Source: Halocafeteria seosinensis (lineage: Eukaryota). Taken from it: a stretch of 64,000 bases of DNA. Both the position numbers and the translations under genes were made by a program. Below are positions 63,601 to 64,000 of this stretch, piece by piece (the stretch's first letter is position 1; each line of letters starts with the position of its first letter). The stretch covers positions 1 to 64,000 of the forward strand of contig LVLI01000006.1 in the NCBI GenBank assembly GCA_001687465.1. The letters run 5' to 3'. The notes beneath the pieces were generated by a model. That model was given only the letters and a program-made list of their open reading frames with translations. It searched no databases and was not told the DNA's origin.

Positions 63601-64000
63601 TTGCGGGAACCAAAGGACCCGTCTAACACCTCGTAGACCCCGACGATCAGCAGATCGAATCCAACATCGACGGTAAATGGCGTAGTAAAGTCCACACTTG
63701 CTCTTCGGTATGAGGACAAAGCCCATGTACATGCACCCGTGCAGGCGAAGACGACGAGGGAGAAACAAAAACAGATCCACAGGTATACGCGGTGAACACG
63801 CCACCCTCTTTTTGTCAGGAGTTCAGAGAAGAAAATATCACCCAGATATTTATGTCCCATCTTCGGATCCTCGGAGAACCCAAAGCATATCATTGGATTC
63901 ATCTGAACGGCAAATCGCGCGAGGTGTCACCAACATCGCTCAGTGTGGAAGCATCGCTTCGCACTTATGCATACATTTATCTGATGCAGAATCAATATTG

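Noticed and set aside
1..64000. Apparent frameshifts or pseudogenes in lysA, fhs, rlmN, malic enzyme and others; non-canonical splicing
   Set aside because: Each break examined in the recognised genes is resolved by a canonical GT-AG intron that restores conserved motifs; no recoding is required.
1..64000. CRISPR array, rRNA, prophage or operon
   Set aside because: No repeat-spacer periodicity or rRNA signature seen by eye; the gene structure is eukaryotic.

Overview
Gene-dense eukaryotic nuclear DNA from a compact, probably flagellated protist genome (SAR/stramenopile-like gene content; this taxonomy is inference only). It is not a prokaryotic region: conserved genes are split by short (mostly ~60-80 nt) GT-AG introns, so most ORF-track entries are single exons or antisense shadows. 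Manual splicing gives about 25 genes: a TRF4-like nucleotidyltransferase, diaminopimelate decarboxylase with an N-terminal aspartokinase-like region, a SAM-methyltransferase-TPR protein, GDP-mannose pyrophosphorylase, ATP synthase epsilon, AMPK gamma, an ENA/ATP4-type P-type ATPase, DnaJ, an intronless bacterial-type amino-acid racemase, malic enzyme, condensin II CAP-D3, formate-THF ligase, NOB1, an AP2 factor, CWC25, alpha-tubulin acetyltransferase (not visible as one ORF), JMJD4, a sphingolipid kinase, RlmN, LAMTOR2, guanylate kinase, TTC27 and a CRAMP1/TKI1-like protein. A decayed hAT transposon lies at the left edge and a related terminal repeat near the right edge. Most notable are the apparently dead aspartokinase fused to an intact DAP decarboxylase, the likely horizontally acquired YgeA/RacX racemase, the uncharacterised MidA-like methyltransferase-TPR fusion, and convergent genes whose stop codons abut or overlap. 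All family assignments come from remembered motifs; no database search was run and gene ends are manual estimates.
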